Positions 34,789-44,276 of a DNA stretch of 64,000 nucleotides are shown in pieces (within the stretch, counting starts at the first letter, position 1; every line of letters starts with the position of its first letter). The notes under the pieces were generated by a model. The model ran no database searches. It was not told where the DNA came from and was given only the letters and a program-made list of their open reading frames with translations. The position numbers and the translations under genes were made by a program. Source of the DNA: Actinomycetota bacterium. GTDB taxonomy: Bacteria > Actinomycetota > Actinomycetes > S36-B12 > GCA-2699445. The stretch is taken from positions 13,335 through 77,334 of the forward strand of contig JAPOIY010000010.1 in NCBI GenBank assembly GCA_029978705.1, read 5' to 3'.

Positions 34789-35406
34789 ATGAAGGGCTCG
34801 AACGCGGACCAGCAGGCCCACACCGAGCGCGGTTTCGACCGCCTGGTGAACTTCAGCGACGCCGTCGTCGCCATCGCCCTCACACTGCTGGTGCTGCCGC
34901 TGACCGAGGTCGCCGGTCATCTGGGCTCCGAGTCCGCCAACACGCTCCTGTACGACAACCGGGCCATCCTCATGGCCTTCCTGATCTCGTTCCTCCTGGT
35001 GGCCAACTACTGGCTGGTGCACCACCAGATCTTCGAGTACATCGACGGGTACGACCGCACGCTCGCATGGCTGAACATGATCTGGCTGTTGTTCATCATC
35101 CTGCTGCCCTTCTCCACCGAGCTCATCTCGAACGGTTTCGTCGGGGTGGCGGGGCTGATCTACGCCGCGAATCTCGCCATCCTGTCGATGCTGCTCGGGA
35201 TCATCGGGTGGCACGTCTCGCGACACCCGGACCTCCAGGCCGCCGACTTCGTCCCGCGGCGGATGCGGTTGGCCAAGTCGGCGGTCTACTTCGTGGTCTT
35301 CATGGCCATCGGTGTCGCGTCGCTGTTCAACGCGGACGTGGGATGGCTCTTCCTCCTGCTGTTCCCCATCAACTTCGTGCTGGACCGCCTCGGCTGGGAC
35401 GAATGA
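34789..35406 (+). CDS. TMEM175-family (DUF1211) potassium-channel-like membrane protein
   Basis: 205 aa. Signature RLVNFSDAVVAIALTLLVLP (RxxxFSD in TM1) and 6 predicted TM segments. Shine-Dalgarno sequence GAGGGAGG. GC content is visibly lower than in neighbouring genes. Confidence 0.8.
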   Translation: MKGSNADQQAHTERGFDRLVNFSDAVVAIALTLLVLPLTEVAGHLGSESANTLLYDNRAILMAFLISFLLVANYWLVHHQIFEYIDGYDRTLAWLNMIWLLFIILLPFSTELISNGFVGVAGLIYAANLAILSMLLGIIGWHVSRHPDLQAADFVPRRMRLAKSAVYFVVFMAIGVASLFNADVGWLFLLLFPINFVLDRLGWDE

Positions 35407-35407
35407 C

Positions 35408-36343
35408 TCAGCCGCCGGCGAGGATCCGCCCGGCGCGGGCGACGTCGTCGGCCATGGCCCGCTGCAGGTCGGAGACGTCGGCGAAGGTCTGCATTCCGCG
35501 GATCCGGTCGATGAAGTCGAGAGCCATGGGCCGGCCGTAGAGGTCCCACTCCCCGGGCTCCATCAGGTAGGCCTCGATCCGCGCCTCGGTCTCCCCGAAG
35601 GTCGTGTTGGCGCCCACGGAGACCGCCGCGGGCACGAAGCGTTCCCGGGTGGATTCGGGGTCCAGGACCGCCCGGGCGGCGTACACGCCGTCGGCGGGGA
35701 CACACGTGCCCGGTACGAGGGCGAGGTTGGCGGTGGGGTAGCCCAGGTCGCGCCCCCGCTGGGCGCCGCGCACCACCTCGCCCGACACGCGGTAGGGCCG
35801 GCCCAGCCCGACCGCGGCCCCGGCGACATCTCCGGTCCGGATCAGTTCCCGGATCCGGGTCGACGACCACGGGGCGTCCCCCGACGTCGCCAGCGGCACC
35901 GCGACGACGGCGAACCCGAACTCCTCCCCGAGTTCGCGCAGCGTCCCCGTGTCTCCGGCCGCGCGATGACCGAAGCGGAAGTTGGCGCCCGTGACGACGG
36001 CCGCAGCCTGCAGGTCGTCCACCAGGACGTGGTCGACGAACTCGCGGGGCGACTTGTGGGACAGGGCGGCGTCGAAGGGCAGGACGCGGACCTCGTCAGC
36101 CCCGGCCTCGTGCAGCAGATGGACGCGGTGGGCGAGGGACGCCAGGCGACAGGGCGCAGCGTCAGGGCGCACGACGCTCAGGGGGTGAGGGTCGAAGGTC
36201 AGCACCGTGAGCGGCAGCCCCCGCTTCCGCGCTTGGTCGCGGGCGGCGCCGAGGAGTGCCTCATGGCCGCGGTGTACCCCGTCGAAGACGCCGATGGTGA
36301 CCACCGCAGGGCGGGGGGACGCCGCGGGCTGATGGGTCGACAT
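35408..36343 (-). CDS. ribF: Bifunctional riboflavin kinase / FMN adenylyltransferase
   Basis: ATG at 36343 (residue 22 of ORF 35408..36406). N-terminus VVTIGVFDGVHRGHEAL, and a C-terminal riboflavin kinase domain ...GYPTANL...EAYL. Confidence 0.92.
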   Translation of the reverse strand: MSTHQPAASPRPAVVTIGVFDGVHRGHEALLGAARDQARKRGLPLTVLTFDPHPLSVVRPDAAPCRLASLAHRVHLLHEAGADEVRVLPFDAALSHKSPREFVDHVLVDDLQAAAVVTGANFRFGHRAAGDTGTLRELGEEFGFAVVAVPLATSGDAPWSSTRIRELIRTGDVAGAAVGLGRPYRVSGEVVRGAQRGRDLGYPTANLALVPGTCVPADGVYAARAVLDPESTRERFVPAAVSVGANTTFGETEARIEAYLMEPGEWDLYGRPMALDFIDRIRGMQTFADVSDLQRAMADDVARAGRILAGG

Positions 36344-36432
36344 GCCCGCCAGCGTAGGACCTCCACGCGGCTGCCGCGTGCCACCCGGGGCGATACGGTG
36401 AAGCAACTGTCGCGACGTGTTGAGGAGAGCGG

Positions 36433-37212
36433 ATGACGGCCAGTGAGCAGGCCCCGGCGGGTGCCCCGGGGCGTTCCCTCGGCCCCGTCACCGGCCTGGT
36501 GGTCACCGCGCTCTACGCCCTGGCCCTGCTGTCGTGGGACATCCTGAACTTCGAACAGCAGGTCGACGTCCCCCTGATCGTCTTGGGGGTCGCCCTGTGG
36601 CTCGTCCTCCTGGTCCGCTATGTGCGGGCCATGGTCTCCGCGGCGGACCGGCGTTCGGCTTTCTGGGAGAACCTCTACTACCCCCTGTTGCTGCTGGCTC
36701 CGCTGCTGATCCTGCCGGACCCACCCGGATTCCTGATCTTCACGGTGCTCATCGCGTACATCCTGCAGCTGCGCACGGTGACCGCGGGGCGGGCGTTCGC
36801 GTTCTCCTTCGCGCTCGTGGTGTTCGTGGCTCTCCTGACCAGCGCAGCCATGGTGTCGGTGGAGGCGGACTACCCGGAGTCGACGCTGCGGGACTGGCCG
36901 ACGGCCCTCACGTGGTCCCTGGTGAGCCTGCTGCGCGTCGGCGACTGGGCCGTCGGACGTCCGGTCAGCGAGGACGGGAGACTCCTGGCCATCGTGGTCG
37001 GTATCTGCGCCGTCCTGGCGGCCAGCCTGTTCACCGCTCAGGTGATTCGCTGGGTCACCGGGGTCGACCGGGACCAGGCACAGGACGACGCGCGACCCCT
37101 CACGGAACCCGCCGACGTCGCCGCGGAACTCGCCCGCCTGCGCGAGGCTGTGGATGCGCTCACAGAGCGCTTGGATGCGGCGGAGAAGGACGGCGATCAG
37201 CAGCAGACGTGA
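36433..37212 (+). CDS. Ion-transport (KcsA/Kv-like, 6-TM) channel homologue with a degenerate selectivity filter and a C-terminal coiled coil
   Basis: 259 aa. The pore region WPTALTWSLVSLLRVGDWAVGRPVSEDGRLLAIVVGICAV aligns by eye to KcsA YPRALWWSVETATTVGYGDLYPVTLWGRCVAVVVMVAGI. The C-terminus [23 protein letters not shown] looks coiled-coil. The 3' end overlaps convergent truB by 53 nt. Confidence 0.65.
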   Translation: MTASEQAPAGAPGRSLGPVTGLVVTALYALALLSWDILNFEQQVDVPLIVLGVALWLVLLVRYVRAMVSAADRRSAFWENLYYPLLLLAPLLILPDPPGFLIFTVLIAYILQLRTVTAGRAFAFSFALVVFVALLTSAAMVSVEADYPESTLRDWPTALTWSLVSLLRVGDWAVGRPVSEDGRLLAIVVGICAVLAASLFTAQVIRWVTGVDRDQAQDDARPLTEPADVAAELARLREAVDALTERLDAAEKDGDQQQT

Positions 37213-38089
37213 CCGCCACCACCAGGTCGTACCGCCACCGGCCGTCGTCGTCGTGGGCCACCGCCAGGAGATCGCCGGCCGGCGACAGCAGGGCTGTCTG
37301 CCCACCCGCCGCGACCCCGACCGGGATCCGTTGCCCGTTGCGGACGGCCTGTTCCTCGGACGGCGCCACCGTGACGCCGGGCAGGACGCGGGAAGCGGCA
37401 GCGCCGAGCGGGAGGAGTGGGGTGTCCGGGCCGACCGACTCCGGATCGGGAGCCCCCACGACCGAGAACGGCCCGACCGTGAGGCGGCGCAGGGCGGTGA
37501 GGTGCGCTCCGGTCCCCACGCTCTCCCCCAGGTCGCGGGCCAGGGCGCGCACGTAGGTGCCGCTGGACACCCGCACCCGGAGGTCCACGTCGAGCACCGG
37601 CACGCCGTGCTCCTGCGCCGACCGCTGGGAGGCCACGACCGACTCGTACACGGTCACCTCCCGCTCCGCGAGACGGACGTCCTCTCCCGCCCGCACCCTC
37701 TGGTACGCACGCCGGCCGCCCACCTTGACCGCGGATACGCTGGACGGCCGCTGGGGGAAGGTGCCGGTGTACCGGGCCACCGCCTCCTGCAGGGAGGCCG
37801 GCGGGATCCCCGTTCCGATGCCGGGCGCCGCGGTGACCTCTCCGGCTGCGTCCTCCGTGGTGGTGGTGACCCCGAACCGGACGGTCGCGTCGTAGACCTT
37901 GTCGAGCCCCACCAGGAACGAGAGCAACCGCGTGCCGGACCCGATGCCCAGCACCAGCAGACCGCTGGCGGCGGGGTCGAGCGTGCCGGCGTGACCCACC
38001 TTGCGCACCCCCACCTGTCGCCGCACCTGGGCGACCACATCGTGGCTGGACATCCCCACGGGTTTGTCGACGAGCAGGATGCCGTTCAC
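37160..38089 (-). CDS. truB: tRNA pseudouridine(55) synthase
   Basis: 309 aa. N-terminus [17 protein letters not shown]...[16 protein letters not shown], including the catalytic Asp motif. Confidence 0.93.
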   Translation of the reverse strand: MNGILLVDKPVGMSSHDVVAQVRRQVGVRKVGHAGTLDPAASGLLVLGIGSGTRLLSFLVGLDKVYDATVRFGVTTTTEDAAGEVTAAPGIGTGIPPASLQEAVARYTGTFPQRPSSVSAVKVGGRRAYQRVRAGEDVRLAEREVTVYESVVASQRSAQEHGVPVLDVDLRVRVSSGTYVRALARDLGESVGTGAHLTALRRLTVGPFSVVGAPDPESVGPDTPLLPLGAAASRVLPGVTVAPSEEQAVRNGQRIPVGVAAGGQTALLSPAGDLLAVAHDDDGRWRYDLVVAVTSAADRRPSPPHPSAL

Positions 38090-38508
38090 TCGTCGTGGCG
38101 GTAGGGGTCCGCGTCGCCCGCGAACTCGGCGTCGGCGGCCTGCTGATGCACGGCGGCGTCGGAGGCGGCCGCATCCCGCAGCAGATCCTCGATGTGAGCG
38201 GCGGTCTCGGGCAGCGCGTCGGGCACGAACGTCAGGGTCGGCGCGAACCTCACCCCAGTGATCCGCCCGACCTCGGTGCGCAGGTGACCGGTCGCCGACT
38301 TCAGCGCCGCGGCGGTGGCCTCCCGCTCCGCCTCGTCGCCCAGCACCGTGTAGAAGATGGTCGCCTCGCGCATGTCGTTGGTCAGCCGCACATCGGTGAC
38401 CGTGACGAAACCCAGGCGGGGATCCTTGATCCGCCGCTCCAGCAGTTCCGCCACGATCTCCCCGATGCGGTCGGCGAGCCGCCGCACGCGTGCTTCATGG
38501 TCGGTCAT
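38086..38508 (-). CDS. rbfA: Ribosome-binding factor A
   Basis: 140 aa. ...[32 protein letters not shown]... In its canonical position between infB and truB. Confidence 0.93.
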   Translation of the reverse strand: MTDHEARVRRLADRIGEIVAELLERRIKDPRLGFVTVTDVRLTNDMREATIFYTVLGDEAEREATAAALKSATGHLRTEVGRITGVRFAPTLTFVPDALPETAAHIEDLLRDAAASDAAVHQQAADAEFAGDADPYRHDE

Positions 38509-38535
38509 GTCTCCTCCGAGGTCGTCCGCGGCCGA

Positions 38536-41271
38536 TCAGGCCCGGTCCTTCTCTCGTTCCTCGAAGGTCTCGATGATGTCCCCGACCTTGATGTCGTTGA
38601 ACGCACCCAGCCCGATGCCGCACTCGAAGCCCTCGCGGACCTCCGTGGCATCGTCCTTGAACCGGCGCAGCGACGCGACTGTGAGGCTGTCCGAGACGAC
38701 GGCACCGTCGCGCATCAGCTTCGCCTTGGCGTTGCGGCGGATCTCGCCGTCGCGCACCACACAGCCGGCGATGTTGCCGAACTTGCTGGAGCGGAACACC
38801 TCGCGCACCTCCGCCGAGCCCGTCTGCACGGTCTCGTATTCGGGCTTGAGCAGACCCTTGAGGGCCGCCTCGACCTCGTCGATCGCCGAGTAGATGACCG
38901 AGTAGGACCGCACGTCGACCCCCTCGCGCTCGGCGAGGTCCCGCACGCGCTCGGCGTACCCCACGTTGAACGCGATGATGATGGCGTCGTCCACCGTTGC
39001 CAGGTTGACGTCGTTCTGCGTGATGGCACCCACGCCGCGGTGGATGATGCGCAACGACACCTCGTCGGCCACCTCGATCTTCAGCAGGGCGTCCTCGAGC
39101 GCCTCGACCGAACCGGACACGTCGCCCTTGATGATGAGTTTGAGCTCCTGCACCTCGCCCTGCTCCACCTGCGAGAGGAACTCCTCGAGAGTGCGCCGGG
39201 GACGCGAGCGCGCCAACTGCGCGTTGCGCTCGCGGGCCTGCCGGGTGGCGGCGATCTGCCGGGCGATGCGGTCCTCGGACACCACGAGGAAGGTGTCGCC
39301 GGCGCCGGGCACGGATGTCAGGCCCAGGACCTGCACCGGCCGGGACGGCCCGGCCTCCGCCAACGCCTCGCCGTTCTCGTCGAGCATGGCACGCACGCGG
39401 CCGTGCGCGTCGCCCGCGACGATGGACTCGCCGGGACGCAGCGTTCCCCGCTGCACCAGCACGGTGGCCACGGCGCCGCGGCCCTTGTCCAGGTGCGCCT
39501 CGATCGCCACACCCTGGGCGTCCTGGACCGGGTTGGCCTGCAGGTCCAGGGCGGCATCGGCCGTGAGCACCACGGCCTCGAGCAGCTCCTGGATCCCGGT
39601 GCGGGCTTTCGCGGACACGTCGACGAACATCACGTCGCCACCGAATTCCTCGGCGACGAGGCCGTACTCCGTCAACTGGGTCCGCACCTTGGTGGGGTCG
39701 GCCCCCTCCTTGTCGACCTTGTTGACGGCGACGACGATGGGGACGTCGGCCGACTGGGCGTGGTTCAGCGCCTCGACCGTCTGCGGCTTCACGCCGTCGT
39801 CGGCGGCGACGACGAGGATGGCGATGTCGGTCACCTTTGCTCCGCGCGCTCGCATGGCGGTGAAGGCCTCGTGACCCGGGGTGTCGATGAACGTGATCGC
39901 CCGATCCTCGCCGCCGATCTCGCTGTGCACCTGGTAGGCCCCGATGTGCTGGGTGATGCCACCGGCCTCGTCTGCCACGACATCCGCGGAGCGGATGGCG
40001 TCCAGGAGCTTGGTCTTGCCGTGGTCGACGTGGCCCATCACGGTCACGACGGGCGGACGCGGTTGCAGGTCTGCCGTGACGCCCTCGTCCTCCCCGAACT
40101 CCAGGTCGAACCGTTCCAGCAGCTCGCGGTCCTCGTCCTCGGGGGAGACGATCTCCACCACGAAGTCGAGTTCCTGACCGAGGAGGCGCAGCGTGTCGTC
40201 GTCGACGCTCTGCGTGGCGTTGACCATCTCGCCCAACTTGAACATGACCGTGACCAGGTCCGCGGGACTGGCGTCGATGCGGTCGGCGAAGTCCGTCAGG
40301 GACGAGCCCCGCGCGAGGCGTACGGTCTGGCCGTCGCCCCGGGGGAGCCGCACCCCACCGATGGTGGGGGCCTCCATGTTGTCGAATTCCTGGCGTTTCG
40401 CCCGCTTGGACTTGCGCGCCCGCGCAGGTTTGCCGCCGGGACGACCCCGCCCCGGACCGCCGGGGCGACCGCCGCCCGGGCCGCCGAACGGCGGCGGGCC
40501 ACCGCGCCCGGGACCGAAACCACCGCCGGGGCCACCGGGACGACCGCCGGGCGCACCGCGCCCGGGACCGAAACCACCGCCGGGCCCACCGGGACGACCA
40601 CCGGGCGCACCGCGCCCGGGACCGAAACCACCGCCGGGCCCACCGGGACGACCGCCGGGCCCACCGCGCCCGGGGCCGCCCGGGCCACCGGGGCCGCGTC
40701 GCATCTGACCGGGGCCGGGACGGCCCATCGGTCGCGGCGGCATGGAGCCGGGGGTGGGCCGAGGAGCGCCCGCGACACCGCCGGGGGTGCGGCCCGCGTT
40801 ACCGGTGAACGGGTTGTTCCCGGCGCCGGAGCGCGGGGTGCGCGTGGGCGTAGGCCCGAAGGGATTGTTGCCCGGACGGGGTCCGGCGGGCTTGGGGGGC
40901 GCCGCCTGGGGTTCGGCCGCGGCGGCCGCAGGGGCCGCGGGAGCTGCCGGGGCTGCGGGAGTCACGGGGGCAGCGGGGGCCGCGGGGGCAGCGTCCGTGG
41001 GAGCGGCCGGTGGCGGTGTTGCCGCCGGCGCCGGCCGCGGGGTCCGCGTCGGCGCGCGGCGCACGCTGGAACTGGAACTGGCCCGCTTGGGCGGGCCGGA
41101 CGATGCGGTGTCGGTGCTGCCCAGGCTCTCCCGCAGTTTGCGGGCGACCGGGGCCTCCACCGTCGAGGAGGCGGATCGGGCGAACTCGCCGATCTCGCTC
41201 AACTTCTCGAGGACCTGTTTGCTTTCGAGTCCGAGCTCTTTGGCGAGCTCGTACACCCGGACCTTCGACAC
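38536..41271 (-). CDS. infB: Translation initiation factor IF-2
   Basis: 911 aa. N-terminus [14 protein letters not shown], a Gly/Pro/Arg-rich repeat region, G-domain [14 protein letters not shown]...DTPGHEAF...NKVD, and C-terminal domains. Confidence 0.98.
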   Translation of the reverse strand: MSKVRVYELAKELGLESKQVLEKLSEIGEFARSASSTVEAPVARKLRESLGSTDTASSGPPKRASSSSSVRRAPTRTPRPAPAATPPPAAPTDAAPAAPAAPVTPAAPAAPAAPAAAAAEPQAAPPKPAGPRPGNNPFGPTPTRTPRSGAGNNPFTGNAGRTPGGVAGAPRPTPGSMPPRPMGRPGPGQMRRGPGGPGGPGRGGPGGRPGGPGGGFGPGRGAPGGRPGGPGGGFGPGRGAPGGRPGGPGGGFGPGRGGPPPFGGPGGGRPGGPGRGRPGGKPARARKSKRAKRQEFDNMEAPTIGGVRLPRGDGQTVRLARGSSLTDFADRIDASPADLVTVMFKLGEMVNATQSVDDDTLRLLGQELDFVVEIVSPEDEDRELLERFDLEFGEDEGVTADLQPRPPVVTVMGHVDHGKTKLLDAIRSADVVADEAGGITQHIGAYQVHSEIGGEDRAITFIDTPGHEAFTAMRARGAKVTDIAILVVAADDGVKPQTVEALNHAQSADVPIVVAVNKVDKEGADPTKVRTQLTEYGLVAEEFGGDVMFVDVSAKARTGIQELLEAVVLTADAALDLQANPVQDAQGVAIEAHLDKGRGAVATVLVQRGTLRPGESIVAGDAHGRVRAMLDENGEALAEAGPSRPVQVLGLTSVPGAGDTFLVVSEDRIARQIAATRQARERNAQLARSRPRRTLEEFLSQVEQGEVQELKLIIKGDVSGSVEALEDALLKIEVADEVSLRIIHRGVGAITQNDVNLATVDDAIIIAFNVGYAERVRDLAEREGVDVRSYSVIYSAIDEVEAALKGLLKPEYETVQTGSAEVREVFRSSKFGNIAGCVVRDGEIRRNAKAKLMRDGAVVSDSLTVASLRRFKDDATEVREGFECGIGLGAFNDIKVGDIIETFEEREKDRA
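40501..40680. repeat. 54-nt tandem repeat (3 near-identical copies plus degenerate flanks) inside infB
   Basis: Copies start at 40501, 40555 and 40609 and differ at 1-2 positions. Each encodes an 18-aa unit of the type [18 protein letters not shown] in the IF-2 N-terminal region. Confidence 0.85.
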
Positions 41272-41323
41272 GGTTCTCCTGTCCTTGTCTGGCCCGGGAG
41301 ATACCGGGCCGGCTAGTGGGGCG

Positions 41324-41662
41324 TCATGACTGGGCAGTCATCGGGTGCTCATCTCTACTCTCCCGATCCTTCGACGAAACGGCCAGCTCCACGGCGTGGG
41401 CGAGGCCGGTGGCCGACAGCGGCCCCGACACCCGCAACGCGCGCGGGAAGGCCCGGCGGCGTTCTGCGAGATCGAGACACTCCGGACGTGGGTGCACGTA
41501 CGCACCCCTGCCGGCCTGTCGCACCCGGCCATCGGGGACCAGTTCGGAACCCGACGCCACGACGCGCAGCAGGTCGGCCTGGTCAGTCCGCTCCCGGCAA
41601 CCCACACATGTACGTTGCGGTCCGGCTGACTCCGCCGACCACCGGTCAGTGTAGCCCCTCAC
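41324..41662 (-). CDS. ylxR: YlxR/DUF448 family RNA-binding protein
   Basis: 112 aa. [19 protein letters not shown] ... GRGAYVHP motifs. It sits between nusA and infB. The GTG start overlaps the nusA stop. Confidence 0.8.
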   Translation of the reverse strand: MRGYTDRWSAESAGPQRTCVGCRERTDQADLLRVVASGSELVPDGRVRQAGRGAYVHPRPECLDLAERRRAFPRALRVSGPLSATGLAHAVELAVSSKDRESRDEHPMTAQS

Positions 41663-42657
41663 CCGGGCTGCTCGGAACTTGCCGGTTCCGGGGCCTCGTC
41701 GGAGCGGATGTCGATGCGCCAGCCGGTGAGGCGGGCCGCGAGCCGCGCGTTCTGCCCCTCCCGCCCGATGGCCAGCGACAGCTGGTAGTCCGGCACGACG
41801 ACGCGCGCCGAACGGGTCTCCGGGTTGACGATCTCCACGGAGGTCACCTTCGCCGGGGACAGGGCGTTGGCGATGAAGGTCGCCGGGTCGTCGCTGTAGT
41901 CGACGATGTCGATCTTCTCTCCCGACAACTCCGCCATGACCTGCCGGACTCTCTGCCCCATGGGGCCGATGCAGGCCCCCTTGGCGTTCACGCCGGGATT
42001 CTGGCTGCTGACCGCGATCTTCGAGCGGTGGCCCGCCTCGCGGGAGATCGCAGCCACCGTGACGACGCCGTCGGCGATCTCCGGCACCTCCAGGGCGAAC
42101 AGTTTGCGCACGAGGTCGGGATGCGTGCGAGACACCGTGACCTGGGGTCCGGTGAGTCCGCGCCGGACCGACACGATGACCACCTTGAGGCGGCGTCCGT
42201 GCGCGTAGTCCTCCCCGGGGACACGTTCGGCGGGCGGCAGCAGCGCCTCCACCTTGCCGAGGTCCACCAGGACCGCCTCGGGGTCACGGCCCTGCTGCAC
42301 CGTCCCGCTGACGAGGTCACCCTCGCGTCCGGAGAACTCCTCGAAGGTCCGGTCCGAACTGGCCTCCCGCAGTCGCTGGGTGAGCACCTGACGGGCGGTG
42401 GCGGCCGCGACCCGGCCGAACCCCTCCGGGGTGTCGTCGAACTCGCCGACGAGGTTGTCGTCCTCGTCCAGTTCCGGGGCGTACACGGTGACGTGGCCGG
42501 TGGCGCGGTCCAGTTCCACCCGCGCCCCCCGAGCCGCGCCGGGCTGGTGGTTGTAGGCCGACAGGAGGGCCTCCTCGATGCTGGTCACCACCAGTTCGAA
42601 GGACAGGGAACGTTCCTGGACCAGGGAGCGCAGGGCCGCCATGTCGATGTCCATCAC
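41659..42657 (-). CDS. nusA: Transcription termination/antitermination factor NusA
   Basis: 332 aa with an N-terminal domain, an S1 domain and two KH domains (…[16 protein letters not shown]…, …[24 protein letters not shown]…). Confidence 0.97.
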   Translation of the reverse strand: MMDIDMAALRSLVQERSLSFELVVTSIEEALLSAYNHQPGAARGARVELDRATGHVTVYAPELDEDDNLVGEFDDTPEGFGRVAAATARQVLTQRLREASSDRTFEEFSGREGDLVSGTVQQGRDPEAVLVDLGKVEALLPPAERVPGEDYAHGRRLKVVIVSVRRGLTGPQVTVSRTHPDLVRKLFALEVPEIADGVVTVAAISREAGHRSKIAVSSQNPGVNAKGACIGPMGQRVRQVMAELSGEKIDIVDYSDDPATFIANALSPAKVTSVEIVNPETRSARVVVPDYQLSLAIGREGQNARLAARLTGWRIDIRSDEAPEPASSEQPG

Positions 42658-43124
42658 GCCTCCCCTCCTTTCAGATCGACCTGCACGACTGCGCGTTCCA
42701 CGTCGTCCTGACGGACCTCGCGCCGCTCCGCCCCCACCGCCAGGACGACGGTGCCGTCGTCCGCCACGGATTCGATGCGAGCGTCGAATGGTGCGGTCCC
42801 GTCGGCGGGCACGACCCGCACCCGTCGTCCGATGTTGCGGCGCCAGTGCCGCGGCACGGTGAGAGGCCGGGAGACTCCGGGACTGCCGACCTCCAGGGTG
42901 TAGGGGGCGTCCCCCATCACCTCGTCGGCGTCGAGGGCTGCGGACACCACCCGAGTCACCTCGGCGACCTGGTCCAAGGTGATGCCCGCGTCGGTGTCGA
43001 CGCTGACCCGCACGACCCGGCGGCGCCCCGCCCGATGGACGGTCACGTCCTCCAGCTCCACACCGGCGGCGGCCACCGGCGCCGCCAGGACGTCCCGCAC
43101 CTGCGCGGTGATGTGGTCCGCCAT
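42654..43124 (-). CDS. rimP: Ribosome maturation factor RimP
   Basis: ATG at 43124 (residue 11 of ORF 42654..43154), preceded by GGAGGAG. ...[14 protein letters not shown]... is the RimP signature. Confidence 0.9.
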   Translation of the reverse strand: MADHITAQVRDVLAAPVAAAGVELEDVTVHRAGRRRVVRVSVDTDAGITLDQVAEVTRVVSAALDADEVMGDAPYTLEVGSPGVSRPLTVPRHWRRNIGRRVRVVPADGTAPFDARIESVADDGTVVLAVGAERREVRQDDVERAVVQVDLKGGEA

Positions 43125-43242
43125 GGTCGCTCCTCCGCAGGTGGCCCCGGCCACCGGGGTCCGCGTGGCCTTTGTTCAGTTCGCCGGGTCAGGTCTTAGG
43201 GTAGCCACACGTCGCACGTGTTCCCGCGCCGGATCAGGAGGG

Positions 43243-43734
43243 ATGATGTCGCCCCCACCGCAGTCGACACTGTCGCGCCGCGCACTCCTCGGGGGGGCAG
43301 CGGTCGGCGCGACGGCCGTCCTGGCGGGATGTGCACCCAGCGCGATCCCCATCATCGGCGCCCCCGACCCCGACGACGAGGTGCGCCGTGGCGTGGCCCT
43401 GTCGGAGCAGGAACTGCTGGCCGCCTATGACGCCGCCATCGCTGCAGGCACCGGGTCGACCGAGCTGCTGCGTTCCATCCGGGATCAGCACGCCGCGCAC
43501 CTGGCCGCGGTCAGCGACGGCCTCGACATCCCCGTGCTGGCGTCGCCGAGTCCGGCCCCGGGGCAGCGGCCGTCCCTGCGGCAGCTGCGCCGTCTCGAGG
43601 CTCGGGCCGTTCCCCAGCGCATCAAGGCATGTACCGCCGCCGGCGATGCGGACCTGGCCGAGCTCATCGCCCGGATCGGCGCCTCCGAGTCGGGGCACGT
43701 CGCGGCCCTGGGCCCGCGGGGGGGCTCGGCGTGA
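43243..43734 (+). CDS. Tat-signal lipoprotein, ferritin-like/DUF4439-type helical domain, function unknown
   Basis: ATG at 43243 (residue 89 of ORF 42979..43734), preceded by AGGAGGG. It has a twin-arginine motif and lipobox, MMSPPPQSTLSRRALLGGAAVGATAVLAGC, and then a helical domain ...IRDQHAAHLAAV...ASESGHVAAL. Confidence 0.7.
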   Translation: MMSPPPQSTLSRRALLGGAAVGATAVLAGCAPSAIPIIGAPDPDDEVRRGVALSEQELLAAYDAAIAAGTGSTELLRSIRDQHAAHLAAVSDGLDIPVLASPSPAPGQRPSLRQLRRLEARAVPQRIKACTAAGDADLAELIARIGASESGHVAALGPRGGSA

Positions 43735-44276
43735 GCGAGGATTCCTGGAAGCAGGTGGCTCTCGGCGAGGAGGCGTGCGTCTACGCCTACGGGGTGCTCG
43801 CCGCCCAGTTCCCCGACGGCCCGGACCGTAACCGCGCGGTCGACCTGGCAGCAGCCCATGCCCGCGCCCGGGACCGTGCCCGGGCCTCTCTCTCCGACGC
43901 TGATCCCCCGGTGCCGGCGGCCTTCCAGATCCCGTTCCCGGTGGACTCCGTCGCCGCGGCCAGACGCCTCGCCGCGCTCGTGGAGGCGCGTTTGGTGGAC
44001 GTGTATCTGCGGCAGATCCCCGACGTGGAACCGGAGGAGCGCAAGGCCTTCGCGGCCGCGGGCGCGGAGGCGTCCGCGCGCTCGGTCAGCTGGGGCGGGC
44101 GGCCCACGGCGTTTCCCGGAGGCCGGGACTCCGAACCTCTGGAGTCGCCGACCGCGTCCCCGACGTCGGCCACCCCGGCGGCCACGGCCCCGACCCCGGC
44201 GACCTCTGCCCCCTCCGGGGCCGGCACCACCCCCGGGTCCGCGGAGCCATCCGCCGACGGCGCCGCCGTCGGCTGA
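43731..44276 (+). CDS. DUF4439-type ferritin-like protein without a signal peptide, with a Thr/Pro/Ala-rich tail
   Basis: GTG at 43731 (residue 35 of ORF 43629..44276) overlaps the upstream stop as GTGA. The protein reads VSEDSWKQVALGEEACVYAYGVLAAQF...LVEARLVDVYLRQ..., followed by the low-complexity tail PTASPTSATPAATAPTPATSAP. Confidence 0.65.
   Translation: MSEDSWKQVALGEEACVYAYGVLAAQFPDGPDRNRAVDLAAAHARARDRARASLSDADPPVPAAFQIPFPVDSVAAARRLAALVEARLVDVYLRQIPDVEPEERKAFAAAGAEASARSVSWGGRPTAFPGGRDSEPLESPTASPTSATPAATAPTPATSAPSGAGTTPGSAEPSADGAAVG
44253..44273. terminator. Perfect 8-bp GC hairpin at the zero-gap convergent junction DUF4439 gene / proS (bidirectional terminator candidate)
   Basis: GCCGACGG-CGCCG-CCGTCGGC. 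It ends 1 nt before the TGA at 44274-44276 of the plus-strand gene. The proS stop codon is at 44277-44279. Confidence 0.4.

Noticed and set aside
36344-36432. FMN riboswitch upstream of ribF.
   Set aside because: The gap is only 89 nt and shared with a divergent gene. I see no recognisable FMN-aptamer core, and ribF is not a usual FMN-riboswitch target.
40440-40700. Regularly spaced repeats that could look like a CRISPR array or minisatellite.
   Set aside because: The units are contiguous with no spacers, are in frame, lie inside infB, and encode its Gly/Pro/Arg repeat region. No cas genes are present.
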